A DNA stretch of 64,000 bases. Origin: Leucoraja erinacea (Eukaryota). Location: positions 14,694,001-14,758,000 of the forward strand of contig NC_073389.1 in NCBI RefSeq assembly GCF_028641065.1. Reading direction: 5' to 3'. Of this stretch, positions 61,690 to 64,000 are shown in pieces. Each line of letters starts with the position of its first letter. The stretch's first letter is position 1. The translations under genes and the position numbers were made by a program. Below the pieces are notes generated by a model. That model saw only the letters and a program-made list of their open reading frames with translations. It did no database searches and was not told where the DNA came from.

Positions 61690-61995
61690 GGGGTGGCACT
61701 GTGGTGCAGCGGTAGAGCTGCTGCCTTACAGCGCCAGAGAGCCGGGTTTGATCCTGACTACGAGTGCTATCTGTATGTTTGTACATTCTCCCTGTGACCG
61801 CGTGTGGTTCCTCCAGGTGCTCTGGTTTCCTCCCACACTCCAAAGACGTACAGGTTTGTAGGTTAATTGGCTTCAGTAAAATAGCAAATTGTCCCTCGTG
61901 TGTAGGATAGTGTTGGTGTACGGGGTGATCGCTGGTCGGCGCGGACTTGGTTGTCTGAAGGGCCTGTTTCTGCGCTGTATCTCTAAATTCTAAAT
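61690..61995 (+). mobile_element. V-SINE (near full length)
   Basis: ggtggcactgtggtgcagcggtagag...gggtttgatcctgac...ggtttcctcccacactccaaagac...gaagggcctgtttctgcgctgtatctctaaa. Confidence 0.9.
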
Positions 61996-62447
61996 GCATA
62001 ACAGCAGAATGGTGCAAAGATGGACAATCAAACTGATTTGGCCTGCCGGACAAGAAGCCTATTGCAGATGGAGGTCCCGATGCCCAGATGCAGAAGTAGA
62101 GAGAGGAACTTATTCCATATTATGCAGTTGAAGGCTGAGCTGTGGTCAATTAAGAGGTGTTCCAGAGCTGAATGTGGTACAAAGCCTCATGCTGTTGTTA
62201 TAAGTCGGCAGGAGCAGCACTGACAGATGATCAGACTGGCCGATATAAGGGCCCGAGTACTGCGACAGACATGTTGATGGTGGTGTAGCAGAGTGTGTTG
62301 AGACCCCATGTGAGGAAGAGACATGATATGAATATGGTCAGAAAGAATAGACACAGTGGTGAGGGATTTGCGTGTGGGGTGCCAACACCTCTAATAAGCT
62401 CCATTTTAACATATTGAGCATTTTTAAGATTACAAAAGTTTAAAACA

Positions 62448-63419
62448 TGCCCCTGTCCCACTTAGGAAACCTGAACGGAAACCTCTGGTGATCTTGCGCC
62501 CCACCCAAGGTTTCCGTGAGGTTCCCAGAGGTTTTGGTCACTCTCCCTAATGGTCAAAAGTGGTTTCCGCGTAGTCGAGGCTTCTTTTATGTTCCTTCGA
62601 TTATTTCAACAAAATCAAAACCGTCCTCGACATAAAATAGGTTGCCGTTTTAAAAATCGGTAATTTTTTAGTCGAAGCCGGTTGCGATGCTAGTCGAAGG
62701 TGGTCACGGGAGGTTGAAGGTAGTGGAAGGTAAGACCACCCGGGTGGAAAAAAACTGGGTGAAAAAAAGGTTAATATTAACATAAGCATGTGACCTCTGT
62801 CACTCCTGGGTGTGCTCAATCATAGTGGCAGAGGAAAGTTGTAGAAGTGATGGCTCCCAAAAGGCAGACTCGCAGGAGTAACGCACAACCATCCAAAAAG
62901 CATGTGTGGCACACCCAGGAGGAGGAGTGGCAGACGGACATGCCACAGGAGGAGGTAGCCCTGCATGACAGAAGCAAAAGGGATGCTGCTGAGAGCAGTA
63001 GATGTAATTTTAGTAACATCCACCTAACTTGTTCCTTCCCTGATCTCATGGTTCAGAATGATTTTTTTTTTAAAACCTGGGAGACTTTTATTGTAAGAAA
63101 ACCCATTCATGACATCATTTCATCACGTGATCAACTGAGCTGTAACCAATCGGCGCTGGTCATTGTTGGTTTTCAGTTTGGTTGTATGAGGTTGAAGGGG
63201 GTGTTGTTCAATCGCGGACTAATTTAACGAAGCCAGTTTTCAACTTTGTCGAAGGAGGTTGCTGTCAGTCGAAGGAGGTTTTCTTCATAGATGAGGAAGG
63301 TTTTCAACATACGCGTGGGAGGTGGTAGGAGGTTGCAGGTCACCTCGACCTTGATTTTTTTTTTGGGTGGCAAGGTCACTGGTGGTTTCTGTTCAGGTTT
63401 CCGAAGTGGGACAGGGGCA
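62448..63419. mobile_element. ~970-bp non-autonomous Harbinger-like element
   Basis: tgcccctgtcccacttaggaaacctgaacggaaacc...ggtttctgttcaggtttccgaagtgggacaggggca (~35-bp TIR). The flanks do not match (ACA and TTA). Confidence 0.8.
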
Positions 63420-64000
63420 TTAGGAAGTCAGCCCATTAAACATTTAGGCAGCTTGTGGGACGACAATCCAACAGCGATGTGCGTGCCCATATCTTTACGT
63501 CTACAAAATGAACCAGACGCAGCAAACCATTTGTGCTGCAATTCAGGGGAAATGTTGATGTAAAGCAGCCCTATTTCTTTGATTAATAATTATTTTTATT
63601 AGGTAATTAAAAATCACAAATCAAAGAACAAACAAAAGCAAGAGAAAACAACATTGTTTCTTCAGTGCCAATTCAAGTGTTTTCACTTAATTACAATTGA
63701 CTGCAAAAATAATAAACTTTTATCTGAGATGACCATCGATTTATTGCTTCTTTCTGCTGTCTAACCATTGCGAGCGGTTCTGATTAAACACGATTTAATC
63801 ATAACTGCGAATTTCACACATTGTGCTTTTGGTTGGAGTGAAATGCAGGGATTTTATTTGTAATAACAGTTGGGGAAAGAGGCATCACAAAACTATCCAT
63901 CATTTTTTAATTTAATGGGTGGTGTGTTCGCTCGTGTGTCAGGCGAGGTTCTGCCATCGCTTTGCCACAGCCCAGTGCCACATCTGTGCCTCTGCGGAGA

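Noticed and set aside
3711-61995. A-box/B-box motifs as tRNA genes
   Set aside because: They are SINE heads followed by a V-domain and LINE-like tail; no cloverleaf is visible.
61995-62330. Possible very decayed Rex1 fragment on the minus strand
   Set aside because: Only faint motifs (GLNTLC, VLGPLY); too weak to list as a feature.

Overview
Repeat-dense, CpG-depleted vertebrate non-coding DNA, almost certainly from a cartilaginous fish and probably a skate or ray. That assignment is inferred from HE1-like V-SINEs, HER1/CR1-like LINEs with (TTTCTATG)n tails and a SacSINE1-like DeuSINE. No intact host protein-coding gene is recognisable; the window reads as an intron or gene desert. Every recognisable ORF is a decayed retroelement fragment: Penelope RT/GIY-YIG, CR1, Rex1/Babar, Tx1-like and RTE. 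Two structured systems stand out. (1) About 20 copies of a Penelope pseudo-LTR carry a minimal hammerhead ribozyme core (consensus CTGAAGA-A-GGGTC-TC-GACCC-GAAA-C-GTC). Many occur as ~100-300 bp solo or head-to-head palindromic units bounded by 12-15 bp target-site duplications, and one copy has a compensatory stem II. (2) Seven CpG-rich non-autonomous DNA transposons (about five internal families) share CTGTCCCAC...GTGGGACAG termini and mostly TNA flanks (PIF/Harbinger-like). There are also repeat-free AT-rich blocks that may be conserved enhancers, a pre-miRNA-sized hairpin, and a weak spectrin-repeat-like ORF. Boundaries of old repeats are approximate (+/- tens of bp). Family names come from recalled motifs, not from database searches.
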